Positions 35,077 through 44,769 of a stretch of 64,000 bases of DNA are shown piece after piece (the stretch's first letter is position 1; every line of letters starts with the position of its first letter). The translations under genes were made by a program, and so were the position numbers. The stretch is from an uncultured Gammaproteobacteria bacterium (lineage in GTDB: Bacteria > Patescibacteriota > Microgenomatia > UBA1406 > GWC2-37-13). Under the pieces are notes generated by a model. That model was not told the DNA's origin and did no database searches. It saw only the letters and a list, made by a program, of their open reading frames with translations. The stretch lies in the NCBI GenBank assembly GCA_964542665.1, contig CAZIUF010000001.1:21549-85548 (forward strand). Reading direction: 5' to 3'.

Positions 35077-36060
35077 ATGTTAATCGGACTACTCGTTGGC
35101 TTCGCGATTTGGTTTACTCTACGTTGTGTGATTGGCGGACTCTTTGTAGTCGAACAAAATGAGCGCGCAGTGAAGACTAGTTTCGGCAGAGCAATGCGCA
35201 TGGGCGATCTAACAACCCATGATGATCTGATACTCCACGAAACACTCCGTGAAACTGAAAAGGAGAGATATAGATATCCACAGCTACAAGTGATCAGGCC
35301 AGGTGGTCCATATTTTAAGTGGCCATGGGAGACTGTACATAAGGTCCCGGTTGCGACTCAGCTGGTCAATATCGCATTTGACCCAAACAACTCCTCAGTC
35401 AACAGTGGTAATACTATCCTCGAAGCAGTGACCAAAGATCAGCTCAATATCAATCTCAAGGGTGAGCTTCGATTCACCGTATCGGATCGCAATCTCTATG
35501 CATTCCTCTTTGGAGTTGAAAACCCTGTCGCTCACATCATGGGTTACTTTGTCTCAATACTCCGCGAACGTATCGCAAACTTTGAAGCCCCCCTCAAGGC
35601 GGGAGCACTAAAAGAAGATCCAGCGCTTGTAGATACATTTGGCATATCGATCAACGACTTGCGTAAAAACCTTGGTGATTTGAACCATCATATGGAAATC
35701 GAGTGCGCATCATCTCCTGCTCGCTATGGCATCAGTCTCGATGCAGCACTGCTCACAGCTATTGAACCTCCAACCGAGGTTGAGTCAGCTCTGGCAGCCA
35801 TCAATACCGCTCACAATCATGTATCCTCAGAAGTCAGTCTTGCCCAAGCAGCAGCCGATCAGAAGATAGTTCAGTCAAAGCGTGCAGTCGAGATTGAAAC
35901 ACTTAAAGCTCAAGCAGAAGTCCAACTCTTGGGAGACCTCGCAACCCAACTCAAAGAAACAAAAAAACAAGGCGGAAGCATTTTGGCAGCATATTTGCGT
36001 AATGTCAGACTGTCCCTATTGCCCAAAGCGAAACGTATCATTTTAGAATCATCCGTATGA
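35077..36060 (+). CDS. SPFH/band-7 domain membrane protein
   Basis: N-terminal TM helix, then VVEQNERAVKTSFGR..., the typical prohibitin-homology start, and a C-terminal coiled coil. Confidence 0.75.
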   Translation: MLIGLLVGFAIWFTLRCVIGGLFVVEQNERAVKTSFGRAMRMGDLTTHDDLILHETLRETEKERYRYPQLQVIRPGGPYFKWPWETVHKVPVATQLVNIAFDPNNSSVNSGNTILEAVTKDQLNINLKGELRFTVSDRNLYAFLFGVENPVAHIMGYFVSILRERIANFEAPLKAGALKEDPALVDTFGISINDLRKNLGDLNHHMEIECASSPARYGISLDAALLTAIEPPTEVESALAAINTAHNHVSSEVSLAQAAADQKIVQSKRAVEIETLKAQAEVQLLGDLATQLKETKKQGGSILAAYLRNVRLSLLPKAKRIILESSV

Positions 36061-36959
36061 TGGACTTGACCACAGGTATATACACTATCGTCATCACCGT
36101 AGTCGCACTCTTTCTCATTGAGAAGGTTGTGAATTTCTTGGGTCAATTCTTTGGACTCTATACGATCGTTCAAGAAAAAGAATCTAAAGTATTTGTACTT
36201 TTTGGCGAGGTGCTTGGTGTCATCGACGAGCCTGGCTTTCATTTCCTCCTGCCAAAACTCGGACCAAAGGCCTTGCTTGTGAACTGGTTTGGCACCACCT
36301 ACTCACGAAGTCTGAAGCTCAATCAAGAATACCTCCGCAGCATCCCCGTCAACTCTGAGGAAGGTGCGCCAATGGGTATCGGTGTCTGGTATGAGATGTA
36401 TATATCAGATCCAGTGGCACATATTTTCAAAAACGTTGATCCTCAAGGGAGTCTCAGCGTCAATGTGAAAAATGACACGATCAAAAATCTGAGCAATCTT
36501 CCACTCTCGGAGATGTTGGTCAATCGTCATGGCATGAGTAAGGCTGTGCGTGAAGAAGTATCATCAGAATCTGTCGAGTGGGGATACCAGCTCGGCTCAG
36601 TCTATATCCGCAAAGTCCACTTCCGAGATGAGAACATGATCAAGCAAGTCGAGGAAAAAGTAGTCAATCGTCTCCGCCAGGTCACCTCAGCTATCCAGCA
36701 AGACGGAGTAAATCAGGTGAATATCATCAAAAGTAAAGCCGACCGAGAAGCATCGATCGAGTTTGCTAAAGCCTCAGCTGTCCGACCACAGATCGTGGGC
36801 AAGACTTTGCACGATATTTCCACAGATCAGGATGTACTTGCTGCACTCTTTGATATCCTTGAGACTCAAAATATCACCGGATCTGCCACGACCGATCTGA
36901 CCCTGATCCCCCCAGGATCTGGCAAAACCGCTCTCTCCGCCCTTCTAGCAAGTAAGTGA
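36057..36959 (+). CDS. SPFH/band-7 domain membrane protein (second paralog)
   Basis: TM helix, then IVQEKESKVFVLFGEV.... It overlaps the upstream paralog by 4 nt. Confidence 0.75.
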   Translation: MMDLTTGIYTIVITVVALFLIEKVVNFLGQFFGLYTIVQEKESKVFVLFGEVLGVIDEPGFHFLLPKLGPKALLVNWFGTTYSRSLKLNQEYLRSIPVNSEEGAPMGIGVWYEMYISDPVAHIFKNVDPQGSLSVNVKNDTIKNLSNLPLSEMLVNRHGMSKAVREEVSSESVEWGYQLGSVYIRKVHFRDENMIKQVEEKVVNRLRQVTSAIQQDGVNQVNIIKSKADREASIEFAKASAVRPQIVGKTLHDISTDQDVLAALFDILETQNITGSATTDLTLIPPGSGKTALSALLASK

Positions 36960-36965
36960 GTCTAT

Positions 36966-38066
36966 TTAAAGGCTGAGTACTATTCCACCAATATGACTTA
37001 TATCTCTGCTAGATAGATGTGGACCTAAAGGTAAATAAATAACTTTCTTATTCTTTGTCCACGGGCTGCCTTCCAGTTCACTTCGAATAAGTATACCGTG
37101 CTCTCGCAATTTACCGATCAAGTAGTCTGCGCTAGCAAGCGTCATGCAAATAGGATACCCGCGTAGTTCACCAAAGTCATCGGCTGCGATCTGGATCCGA
37201 ATAAATCTTTTATCAGTCCATAATAGTTCTAGTAAGTTTTCATATTGAATAACCTGTCGACGCCTTATGTCTTTGATATATGAAGTGTTGATATGTTTGC
37301 GAAGGAAAACGAATGGCCACAGCGTTGCACAAGCAGTTGCCGAATCTCCCATCAACTCATACGCATCTATCATATCTTTCTCGGCCCTTTTTGCAGTAGT
37401 ACTTTTAAACTTCATTGCGCGTGAGACGTAATCAGGAAACCTGAGTGATGAAAGTACCAGCCACCATTGCATGGTTACCCAGAGCCAAATAATCCTGAAC
37501 GAATACATAGAAAGCGACTTGCGTGTGTGTGAGAACTTTGATACTTCAGATTTTCTGCCATATATTGTCGCACCCTGCAGTGGCATAACTTTGCGCCAAC
37601 TGTCGATCACAAAGTGTCTATCTCGTTTGATAATTATTTCTCGTGGATCGATGATGCTATGCACACTATCCTCTATGACAAACTGGTGATCTGTTAGTTT
37701 AGACATCCAACCATTGTTTGCAGTCATCAATGTATTGTGAATACCCACTGAATGGAAGATCACAACGATCGTTGGTCGGTGTGTTTGTATTGCTCGTGTT
37801 AGCTCGTCTTCGCTCGTCTGAAAGTTTGCGTCCATTGGATAGTACTCGCATCTGAGTCCATGCTCTCCAATATTTTTGACTACATCCATGCACCAGAATG
37901 TGGGAATAAGGACAACGGAACCTTTCTTTATTTTATAGACATCGATGATATCCCACAATGCATCTTCCCAAGAAAGATAGTTATTTTCAGCAAGCTCATC
38001 GGGTAAAGTGTAATCGGAACGAAACGAGAAATAGCTGGGTAAAAATGGTGGTTGGATTGCGGTCAT
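36966..38066 (-). CDS. hypothetical protein, DegT/DnrJ-like aminotransferase-fold resemblance
   Basis: ALWDIIDVYKIKKGSVVLIPTFWCMDVVKNIGEHGLRCEYYPMD...RPTIVVIFHSVG parallels the N-terminal half of fold-type I sugar aminotransferases. Confidence 0.35.
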   Translation of the reverse strand: MTAIQPPFLPSYFSFRSDYTLPDELAENNYLSWEDALWDIIDVYKIKKGSVVLIPTFWCMDVVKNIGEHGLRCEYYPMDANFQTSEDELTRAIQTHRPTIVVIFHSVGIHNTLMTANNGWMSKLTDHQFVIEDSVHSIIDPREIIIKRDRHFVIDSWRKVMPLQGATIYGRKSEVSKFSHTRKSLSMYSFRIIWLWVTMQWWLVLSSLRFPDYVSRAMKFKSTTAKRAEKDMIDAYELMGDSATACATLWPFVFLRKHINTSYIKDIRRRQVIQYENLLELLWTDKRFIRIQIAADDFGELRGYPICMTLASADYLIGKLREHGILIRSELEGSPWTKNKKVIYLPLGPHLSSRDISHIGGIVLSL

Positions 38067-38209
38067 ATACTATCCCCCAAATGTGAATGCATGGAGTAAA
38101 ATGCCAGTAGGTACACGTAGCTCGAGCAACTGATCTGTCGCATAGTAATATCACTGGCATAAAATATATTTGTGTGCCGGTGTAGGAGCTGATTGGTCTG
38201 AATACAGTG

Positions 38210-38283
38210 TCGGGAAGAGGGGACTTGAACCCCTGGCCTCACGCTCCCAAAGCGTGCGCTCTAGCCATCTGAGCTACATCCCG
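38210..38283 (-). tRNA. tRNA-Pro (anticodon UGG)
   Basis: The reverse complement folds by hand into a cloverleaf: CGGGATG-TA-GCTC-AGATGGCTA-GAGC-G-CACGC-TTTGGGA-GCGTG-AGGCC-AGGGG-TTCAAGT-CCCCT-CTTCCCG-A. There is one U6-U67 mismatch. Confidence 0.85.
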
Positions 38284-38411
38284 TCTATGCTACAGCTTCC
38301 AGCTCTTCCACTTGAGGTAGATTTACTGGACAAGTCGGGCTGGCTGGCCCACTTTGGCTATCGCTTAGTGAGGTCATTTTATCACTAAGACCGTCTATAA
38401 TCTACCTGACT

Positions 38412-38996
38412 ATGAAGAGTCTACTCCGTCCTCTGCTTGTCATGATCATCTTGTGCGGGATAGTATTTCTCACCAAGGCCCCTCTCAAGACGTATTTTGA
38501 AGACCCACTCGCGTCGATATCGCCTGATTATATGTATGATCTACCCAAAGGTTTACGCTCAGAGAAAACTCATGTTGTCAGTGTTGCCGACGGTGATACC
38601 ATCACCATCACTGGGGGTGAACGGGTCAGGTTTTTGAATATGGATACGCCTGAGCTATCACATCCTGAGCAATACATCAGGGAAGAGTGTTTTGGCAAGG
38701 CGGCTACCTTGCGTTTGACTCAGCTGATAGACAACAGGGATATAGTTATGATCGCAGATGTAAAGGATAAGGATAAATACAAACGTCTCCTCCGCTATGT
38801 TTTCCTCCCTCTCTCAGGTCAACCAGAGAAATATCTCAATGTGAATGCCTATATGGTCGGCGAAGGGTTTGCGCGGGTCTTTATCGTCGAAGAAGGTACG
38901 AAATACAAAGATGACTTCTTCGCCTTTGAAAAACTGGCCAAAGATGCTAAAAAGGGGCTCTGGGGATCGTGCGATCGGAGCAAGTTCAGATGGTAG
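38412..38996 (+). CDS. secreted thermonuclease (SNase-like)
   Basis: Signal/anchor helix. VVSVADGDTITI...RVRFLNMDTPE is the staphylococcal nuclease motif. Confidence 0.85.
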   Translation: MKSLLRPLLVMIILCGIVFLTKAPLKTYFEDPLASISPDYMYDLPKGLRSEKTHVVSVADGDTITITGGERVRFLNMDTPELSHPEQYIREECFGKAATLRLTQLIDNRDIVMIADVKDKDKYKRLLRYVFLPLSGQPEKYLNVNAYMVGEGFARVFIVEEGTKYKDDFFAFEKLAKDAKKGLWGSCDRSKFRW

Positions 38997-39038
38997 CAGT
39001 GCGTATTGCAAATATATATTTTCAGCTATAATCCGCTT

Positions 39039-39773
39039 ATGATCATTTTCTCGTTCGTCGCAGCTATCCTAGTGAGCTTGGTATCGCTCGTGGGGGTGGC
39101 ATTGCTTTCATTTGGGACCAAGCGGATTGAGAAATATCTCTCACTTCTCGTAGCCTTTTCAGCAGGGACACTGCTTGGTGATGCGTTTCTTCATATGATT
39201 GGGGAGTCGCTCGAAGGGATCACGTATGAGTCCTCTACCGCCCTGTACATCCTCGGAGGATTTATTTTTTCTTTTATCATCGAGCGCTTTGTCCATTGGC
39301 ATCATTGTCATACGGGGCAGGAACACCATCATAGACTCGCAACGATGAATCTCGTCGGTGATAGTGTGCACAACCTCTTGGATGGGTTTGCTATCGCAGC
39401 ATCATTTGCCGTGAGCTTGCCGGTCGGTATCGCTACTACACTAGCTATCATCCTGCATGAGATACCTCAAGAGATGGGAGACTTTGCAGTACTCATGTAT
39501 AGTGGATTTACAAAGAAAAAAGCCATTCTCTTCAATCTTACAACCGCTTTCACGGCTGTAATTGGTGTTGGGATTGGGCTGATCGCAATCAATACCTTTC
39601 AGTCCATCGAGAAACAGCTACTGCTGTTTGCAGCAGGCAACTTTATCTACATCGCTGCGACTGATATCATGCCCGAGCTGAATAGGCATGAAGGTATTCG
39701 TCGTGGTATCGCTCACCTCATCGCTATATTAGCCGGAATTGGCGTTATGTATCTTCTTCTGGGGCTGGGGTAA
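39039..39773 (+). CDS. ZIP family metal transporter
   Basis: HNLLDGFAIA and ILHEIPQEMGDFAVL. ATG at 39039; the track start is TTG. Confidence 0.85.
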   Translation: MIIFSFVAAILVSLVSLVGVALLSFGTKRIEKYLSLLVAFSAGTLLGDAFLHMIGESLEGITYESSTALYILGGFIFSFIIERFVHWHHCHTGQEHHHRLATMNLVGDSVHNLLDGFAIAASFAVSLPVGIATTLAIILHEIPQEMGDFAVLMYSGFTKKKAILFNLTTAFTAVIGVGIGLIAINTFQSIEKQLLLFAAGNFIYIAATDIMPELNRHEGIRRGIAHLIAILAGIGVMYLLLGLG

Positions 39774-39797
39774 AGCGTCCTTTGCTATACTGCTCCG

Positions 39798-40568
39798 ATG
39801 CATATCTACTCCCATACTCGCACGCTCCGCAAGATACCATATCTCCTCTCCTCTTTTTGGTCACTCTTCAAATACTTTGAAAATAAATCGTTTATTTTCA
39901 CTATTTTGTCAGGCGCCCCAACAGAGTTAAAAACGCAATTGGGCACCATCACTATACAAACGCCTTTGGATGCGCTCATTTTCAAAGAGACAGTCATTGA
40001 CGACTGTTATCTACTCTTATCTCTGAAAGATCCGCAAGTAATCGTCGATATTGGTGCGGCATATGGAGATTTTAGTTGGTATGCAAAAAAGTTATATCCC
40101 GCCGCTCAAGTAGTCGCCTATGAGCCAGATCCTTTTCATACAGATTTGCTCGAAAAGAATATTTTGCCCTTAGGGTGCATCACAAAGCAGGAAGCAGTTG
40201 GTGCCACCGGACAGGTAGAGATGATACTCCACTCCGATCATACCCAATCCAGCGCACATACAGTAAAAGGTATTCAGCCAATTTCAACCCACCAAGTCAC
40301 TTCTGTCACTCTACATGATGCACTCAAAGAATATAACTCTGTTGATCTGGTGAAGATTGATTGTGAAGGAGCGGAAAAAGAAATATTCGAGCATACTGAT
40401 CCAAAAGTATTCTCAAAAATTAAGCGCTTTTCTATTGAGTATCACGAGTTTGTGGTGCCAGGTATCAGAAATCAGATCGTGAATCTCCTCAAGAAGCATG
40501 GGTATGAAGTAGAAGCCAAAGAAGATGTATACACAAAAGACTTCGGGTTTATCTATGCTCAAAAATAA
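39798..40568 (+). CDS. FkbM family methyltransferase
   Basis: VIVDIGAAYGDFS and VDLVKIDCEGAEKEIF. Confidence 0.8.
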   Translation: MHIYSHTRTLRKIPYLLSSFWSLFKYFENKSFIFTILSGAPTELKTQLGTITIQTPLDALIFKETVIDDCYLLLSLKDPQVIVDIGAAYGDFSWYAKKLYPAAQVVAYEPDPFHTDLLEKNILPLGCITKQEAVGATGQVEMILHSDHTQSSAHTVKGIQPISTHQVTSVTLHDALKEYNSVDLVKIDCEGAEKEIFEHTDPKVFSKIKRFSIEYHEFVVPGIRNQIVNLLKKHGYEVEAKEDVYTKDFGFIYAQK

Positions 40569-40571
40569 TAC

Positions 40572-41645
40572 TCAAAAAAGCTTCTCTTTCTGCAGGTGTC
40601 CGATGCGTCGTTTACCCCACTTGACCGCGATCATAGTCGCGATAGGGACTGCCGCAATGATGCCGATGCTTGAGACGAAAGTCCTCGTGATTTCTTCAGC
40701 GATCGATTCGCGTTGGATTACCACCCACAAAGGTGTCTCAGACTTGTATACGAGCAAAAATAGTGGGAGTGCGGCACCTGCATATACTAAAATCAGCGTG
40801 TTCACGAGTGACGCGATATGATCTCTCCCCTGCGCCATCGCCTCAGCAAAAAGATGGTGATTTTTCATGTCAGGACGTACTTTGTTGAGCGCTTGGACGA
40901 TACCTATTTGCGATATGGTCACATCATCGAGCACACCCATTGCTGAGATGATCATACCTGCGATGAGTAGATCTGCAAGTCTGATATTTGAACCAAGTTT
41001 GAATATGACTGCATCTGCTTCATCTGAGCTCAAGCCTGTGAGGTGTCCAAATCGTGTAAATGCTACCGAGAGCACGGCCGTGAGGAGAAGGGCAATCATA
41101 GTCGACATCACTGCGAGTGAGGTTTTTTTATTGAACCCGTGCGAGAGGTAAAAGGTGAGTGGAATGATGACGAGTGCAGTGATCATCGATACGACAATTG
41201 GATCGACACCTTCAACTATCTGGGGGATAGTAAACTGAGTGATGAGACTAAATGAGACGATCATCGCACCAATCGATATGAATCCTTGTGCTCTCCCAAT
41301 GATCACTACGAGTGCAATAAAGAGCGCGATTAAACCAATATATGGGATAGTTCTGTCGCGATCAGAAACTGCATAAAATGCCTTGTCGTTGATGGTTTGC
41401 GAGCTGATGATGAGCTTATCACCGACGGAGTATTTAGAACTAGATAGTGACTTGTCCGCAAAAGTTGGAATGGTGATGATTTGTTCTACTCCATCTTTAT
41501 CATCGATGATCACTGCCATCGATGCGCTATCTGAACTGAGAGAATCAACGGTGCCTCTAAAAAAAGTCGTCTCTACTGCGTGGACCTTGTTTGGTATCGA
41601 GATTGCAAGTGAGACCAACAAACAAATAGTATAGATATATTTCAT
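40572..41645 (-). CDS. YibE/F-like multi-pass membrane protein
   Basis: Signal peptide MKYIYTICLLVSLAISIPNKVHA, an extracytoplasmic beta domain, then about 7 TM helices with an AMGVLDDVTISQ motif. Confidence 0.6.
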   Translation of the reverse strand: MKYIYTICLLVSLAISIPNKVHAVETTFFRGTVDSLSSDSASMAVIIDDKDGVEQIITIPTFADKSLSSSKYSVGDKLIISSQTINDKAFYAVSDRDRTIPYIGLIALFIALVVIIGRAQGFISIGAMIVSFSLITQFTIPQIVEGVDPIVVSMITALVIIPLTFYLSHGFNKKTSLAVMSTMIALLLTAVLSVAFTRFGHLTGLSSDEADAVIFKLGSNIRLADLLIAGMIISAMGVLDDVTISQIGIVQALNKVRPDMKNHHLFAEAMAQGRDHIASLVNTLILVYAGAALPLFLLVYKSETPLWVVIQRESIAEEITRTFVSSIGIIAAVPIATMIAVKWGKRRIGHLQKEKLF

Positions 41646-41749
41646 AGATTCAATTTCGAACACTTATACTCGAATCGCTACTGAAAAGTAAGGGTATCAT
41701 GAAATACGTGAAACTCAAGCTACACAGTTTTGCGAACCCAAGACATGAA

Positions 41750-41776
41750 ATAGCACTTGACACACTTGTCTGCTAA
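41750..41776 (+). promoter_or_regulatory. degenerate CIRCE-like inverted repeat overlapping the clpB promoter
   Basis: ATAGCACTT-N9-GTCTGCTAA versus the consensus TTAGCACTC-N9-GAGTGCTAA (7/9 + 7/9). Only the TAGCA/TGCTA core is self-complementary. Confidence 0.3.
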
Positions 41777-41785
41777 ATGTAAACT
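41757..41785 (+). promoter_or_regulatory. sigma70-type promoter TTGACA-N17-TAAACT for clpB
   Basis: The -10 box ends 6 nt before the ATG at 41792. No Shine-Dalgarno sequence is present, so a leaderless transcript is predicted. Confidence 0.55.
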
Positions 41786-41791
41786 TTGGAC

Positions 41792-43930
41792 ATGGAAAAC
41801 CCATTTGACCAACCAATCACCAACCCACTTGAGAAGTTTACCTTGAATCTGACCGAAAAAGCGCGTTCAGGCAAGCTTGACCCTGTCATCGGACGGGACG
41901 ATGAAGTGCGCCGTATCATCCAAATATTGTCACGTAGGACGAAAAATAACCCAGTTCTCTTGGGTGATCCTGGAGTTGGGAAGACCGCAATCATCGAAGG
42001 ACTAGCGCTTAGAGTGATCTCAGGAGACGTCCCCAATACGCTGAAAAATAAACAAATACTCATGCTCGACATGGCGACACTGCTCGCCGGCGCCTCATTC
42101 AGAGGTGAGTTTGAAAAGAGACTCAAAGCAGTGATTGAAACGATTGAGAAATCAGAAGGACAATACATCATCTTTATCGATGAGCTGCATACGATCGTCG
42201 GTGCTGGAGGTGCTGAGGGTGCTGTCGATGCCGGCAATATGCTTAAGCCAGCCCTCGCTCGTGGACTCCTCCACGCGGTCGGCGCAACCACAGTTCGCGA
42301 ATACCGCAAATATATCGAGAAAGATCCTGCACTCGAGCGCCGTTTTCAACCTATCTATGTCGATGAACCAAGCATCGAAGACTCAGTCGCAATCCTACGT
42401 GGAGTCAAGGAAAAATATGAAGTCCATCACGGTATCAAGATAGCTGATGATGCACTCATTGCAGCGGTCAATTTATCCGTGCGTTACCTCACTGATAGGT
42501 ATCTCCCTGATAAGGCGATCGACCTCATCGATGAGGCAGCTTCTGCTGCCAAGATTGAGGTGGATAGTATGCCCGCAGCGCTTGATCAACTGAAGCGCAA
42601 TATCATCCGTACAGATATCGAGCTTGCAGCACTCAAAAAAGAGCTTACTGAAAAGACGAAGTTAGAGAAACTTCAGACAGACAGAGCAAGAATGCAGGCT
42701 GAATTTGAAGTGATCGAGAGGAAATGGATCGAACAAAAAAAGATTATCTCTCGTCTCCAAGAGGCGCGGATCAAACTCGAAAAGGCGCGGATAGAGCTCG
42801 AGAGAACTGAGCGCGAAGCCAAGCTTGAGGAAGCTGCTCAAATCAAATATGGAACTATTCCACAAATCGAAAAAGAAATCAAAGAGGTGCGTGCTGAGTG
42901 GGAAGCTATACCTGAAGCAGATCGTGTTCTTCGTGAACAGGTCACTGAAGCAGATATCGCATCGATTGTTGCTCGCTGGACAGGTATCCCACAATCTCGC
43001 CTACTCGCAAGCGAAACAGGAAAGGTTGCCCATCTTGAGGCCGAAATGAGTGCTCGAGTCATCGGCCAACAAGAAGTAGTAAAGAAAATCTCAGGAGCTA
43101 TCCGTCGCTCACGTGCTGGGCTTGCTGATGAGGGACGACCTATCGGGTCATTTCTTTTCTTGGGTCCCACAGGTGTGGGTAAAACTGAGACTGCTCGTGC
43201 GCTCGCTCAGTCACTTTTCAATGATGAGAAAAATATGATCAGAATCGACATGAGCGAGTACTCAGAAAGTCACTCGATTGCACGTCTCATCGGCTCACCT
43301 CCAGGGTATGTTGGATATGAAGAAGGTGGACAACTCACCGAGGCAGTCCGTCGCAAGCCATACAGCGTGATCTTGCTCGATGAAGTCGAAAAAGCACACC
43401 CACAGATCTTTAATATGCTGCTGCAAGTCTTGGATGACGGACGACTCACTGATGGCAAGGGAAAAACGGTGAACTTTAAAAATACCATCATCATCCTCAC
43501 TTCAAATCTGGGAAGCGATGCCTTCCAAGTCGAGAAATATTCACGAGAGATGGTAGAGCTCAAAGTCACGGATATAGTCAGAGGATTCTTTAAACCTGAG
43601 TTCTTGAATCGTCTTGATAGCATCGTGATCTTTAATCCGCTCAATATGTCGATGATGAAATCCATCATCAAGCTCCAACTTGCTGAGGTAAGTACGCGAC
43701 TTGAGAAGCAGGGATATCACTTCAAATGGGATGATTCAGTAGAAAAATATTTACTGGAGCACGGCTTTGACAAAACCTATGGAGCTCGTCCGCTCAAGCG
43801 CGTCATCAATGAACATATCCTCGATGAAGTGGCACTACAGATCGTGGAGGGAAAGATCAAGCCGGGCGACAAAATCGAGTGCGATTATGTGGGAAAAAAG
43901 ATAATGTGTGGGGTGAAGAAAGTGAATTAG
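41792..43930 (+). CDS. clpB: ClpB-type AAA+ disaggregase lacking the N-terminal domain
   Basis: It starts directly at ...LTEKARSGKLDPVIGRDDEVRRIIQILSRRTKNNPVLLGDPGVGKTAI, has a long middle coiled coil, and a second Walker A GPTGVGKTE. Confidence 0.9.
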   Translation: MENPFDQPITNPLEKFTLNLTEKARSGKLDPVIGRDDEVRRIIQILSRRTKNNPVLLGDPGVGKTAIIEGLALRVISGDVPNTLKNKQILMLDMATLLAGASFRGEFEKRLKAVIETIEKSEGQYIIFIDELHTIVGAGGAEGAVDAGNMLKPALARGLLHAVGATTVREYRKYIEKDPALERRFQPIYVDEPSIEDSVAILRGVKEKYEVHHGIKIADDALIAAVNLSVRYLTDRYLPDKAIDLIDEAASAAKIEVDSMPAALDQLKRNIIRTDIELAALKKELTEKTKLEKLQTDRARMQAEFEVIERKWIEQKKIISRLQEARIKLEKARIELERTEREAKLEEAAQIKYGTIPQIEKEIKEVRAEWEAIPEADRVLREQVTEADIASIVARWTGIPQSRLLASETGKVAHLEAEMSARVIGQQEVVKKISGAIRRSRAGLADEGRPIGSFLFLGPTGVGKTETARALAQSLFNDEKNMIRIDMSEYSESHSIARLIGSPPGYVGYEEGGQLTEAVRRKPYSVILLDEVEKAHPQIFNMLLQVLDDGRLTDGKGKTVNFKNTIIILTSNLGSDAFQVEKYSREMVELKVTDIVRGFFKPEFLNRLDSIVIFNPLNMSMMKSIIKLQLAEVSTRLEKQGYHFKWDDSVEKYLLEHGFDKTYGARPLKRVINEHILDEVALQIVEGKIKPGDKIECDYVGKKIMCGVKKVN

Positions 43931-43956
43931 CGAAAAACTCATATATAATCAGTGTC

Positions 43957-44754
43957 ATGCTCAAGATCTACTCATGGAATGTGAATGGCATCCGGAGTGT
44001 GTGGAATAAAGGGCTTTTCCAAACATTTCTCAAAGATCATGATCCGGATATCCTCTGTCTTCAGGAGACCAAGGCCATGGAACATGAGTCACCTATTGAC
44101 CCATTTGAATACACCGAGTACTGGCACTCAGCAAAGCGTAAAGGCTACTCAGGGACTGCAATATTTACCAAAACTACACCCCTATCTGTCATCAATGGAT
44201 TTGTGCCTGAAGTACAATCGAAATATACTTTCACCGATCAATACGGCGATCCTACGACTGAGGGACGAGTCGTCAGTGCCGAATACGATACGTTTTATGT
44301 GGTCACTGTCTACACACCCAATAGTAAGGGTGATCTCACTCGTATCTCACTCAGAGAAAAGGTGTGGGATCCCGCATTTCTTGCTCACTGCAAACACCTC
44401 GAAAAGAACAAGCCGGTGATCTTTTGTGGCGACCTCAATGTGGCTCATACAGAAGATGATCTTGCACGACCAAAGGAAAATGATGGCACACACGGATTCA
44501 CCAAAGAAGAGCGGGCAGGGTTTCAATCATTTCTCGATGCTGGATTTGTCGATACCTTTCGCATTTCACACAAAGGAAATGGTTTCTATACCTGGTGGAC
44601 CAACTGGGGCGGGGCACGAGCGAGAAATGTGGGATGGCGTATCGATTACTTTCTAGCCAGTGAAAAGTTAAAAAAGCATATCGTAGCTGCTGACATCCAT
44701 CCCGATGTCATGGGCTCAGATCACTGCCCTGTCTCAATCACATTGGACATATGA
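43957..44754 (+). CDS. xth: exodeoxyribonuclease III
   Basis: MLKIYSWNVNGIRS, LCLQETK, GDLNVAH, SDHCPV. Confidence 0.9.
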   Translation: MLKIYSWNVNGIRSVWNKGLFQTFLKDHDPDILCLQETKAMEHESPIDPFEYTEYWHSAKRKGYSGTAIFTKTTPLSVINGFVPEVQSKYTFTDQYGDPTTEGRVVSAEYDTFYVVTVYTPNSKGDLTRISLREKVWDPAFLAHCKHLEKNKPVIFCGDLNVAHTEDDLARPKENDGTHGFTKEERAGFQSFLDAGFVDTFRISHKGNGFYTWWTNWGGARARNVGWRIDYFLASEKLKKHIVAADIHPDVMGSDHCPVSITLDI

Positions 44755-44769
44755 TCGTTTATAGCCAAT

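Noticed and set aside
38170-38388. A 72-aa plus-strand ORF
   Set aside because: It overlaps the tRNA-Pro gene on the opposite strand. The tRNA cloverleaf explains the sequence conservation-like features.
41773-42309. A 178-aa minus-strand ORF antisense to clpB. Similar long antisense ORFs occur at 14844-15356 (typA), 52640-53074 (M29 peptidase), 24665-25063 (ABC), 28700-29113 (helicase), and 60-338 / 486-764 (ABC ATPase).
   Set aside because: Each lies entirely inside a strongly supported gene on the other strand and translates to Ser/Pro/Arg-rich low-complexity sequence with no motifs. These are typical shadow ORFs.
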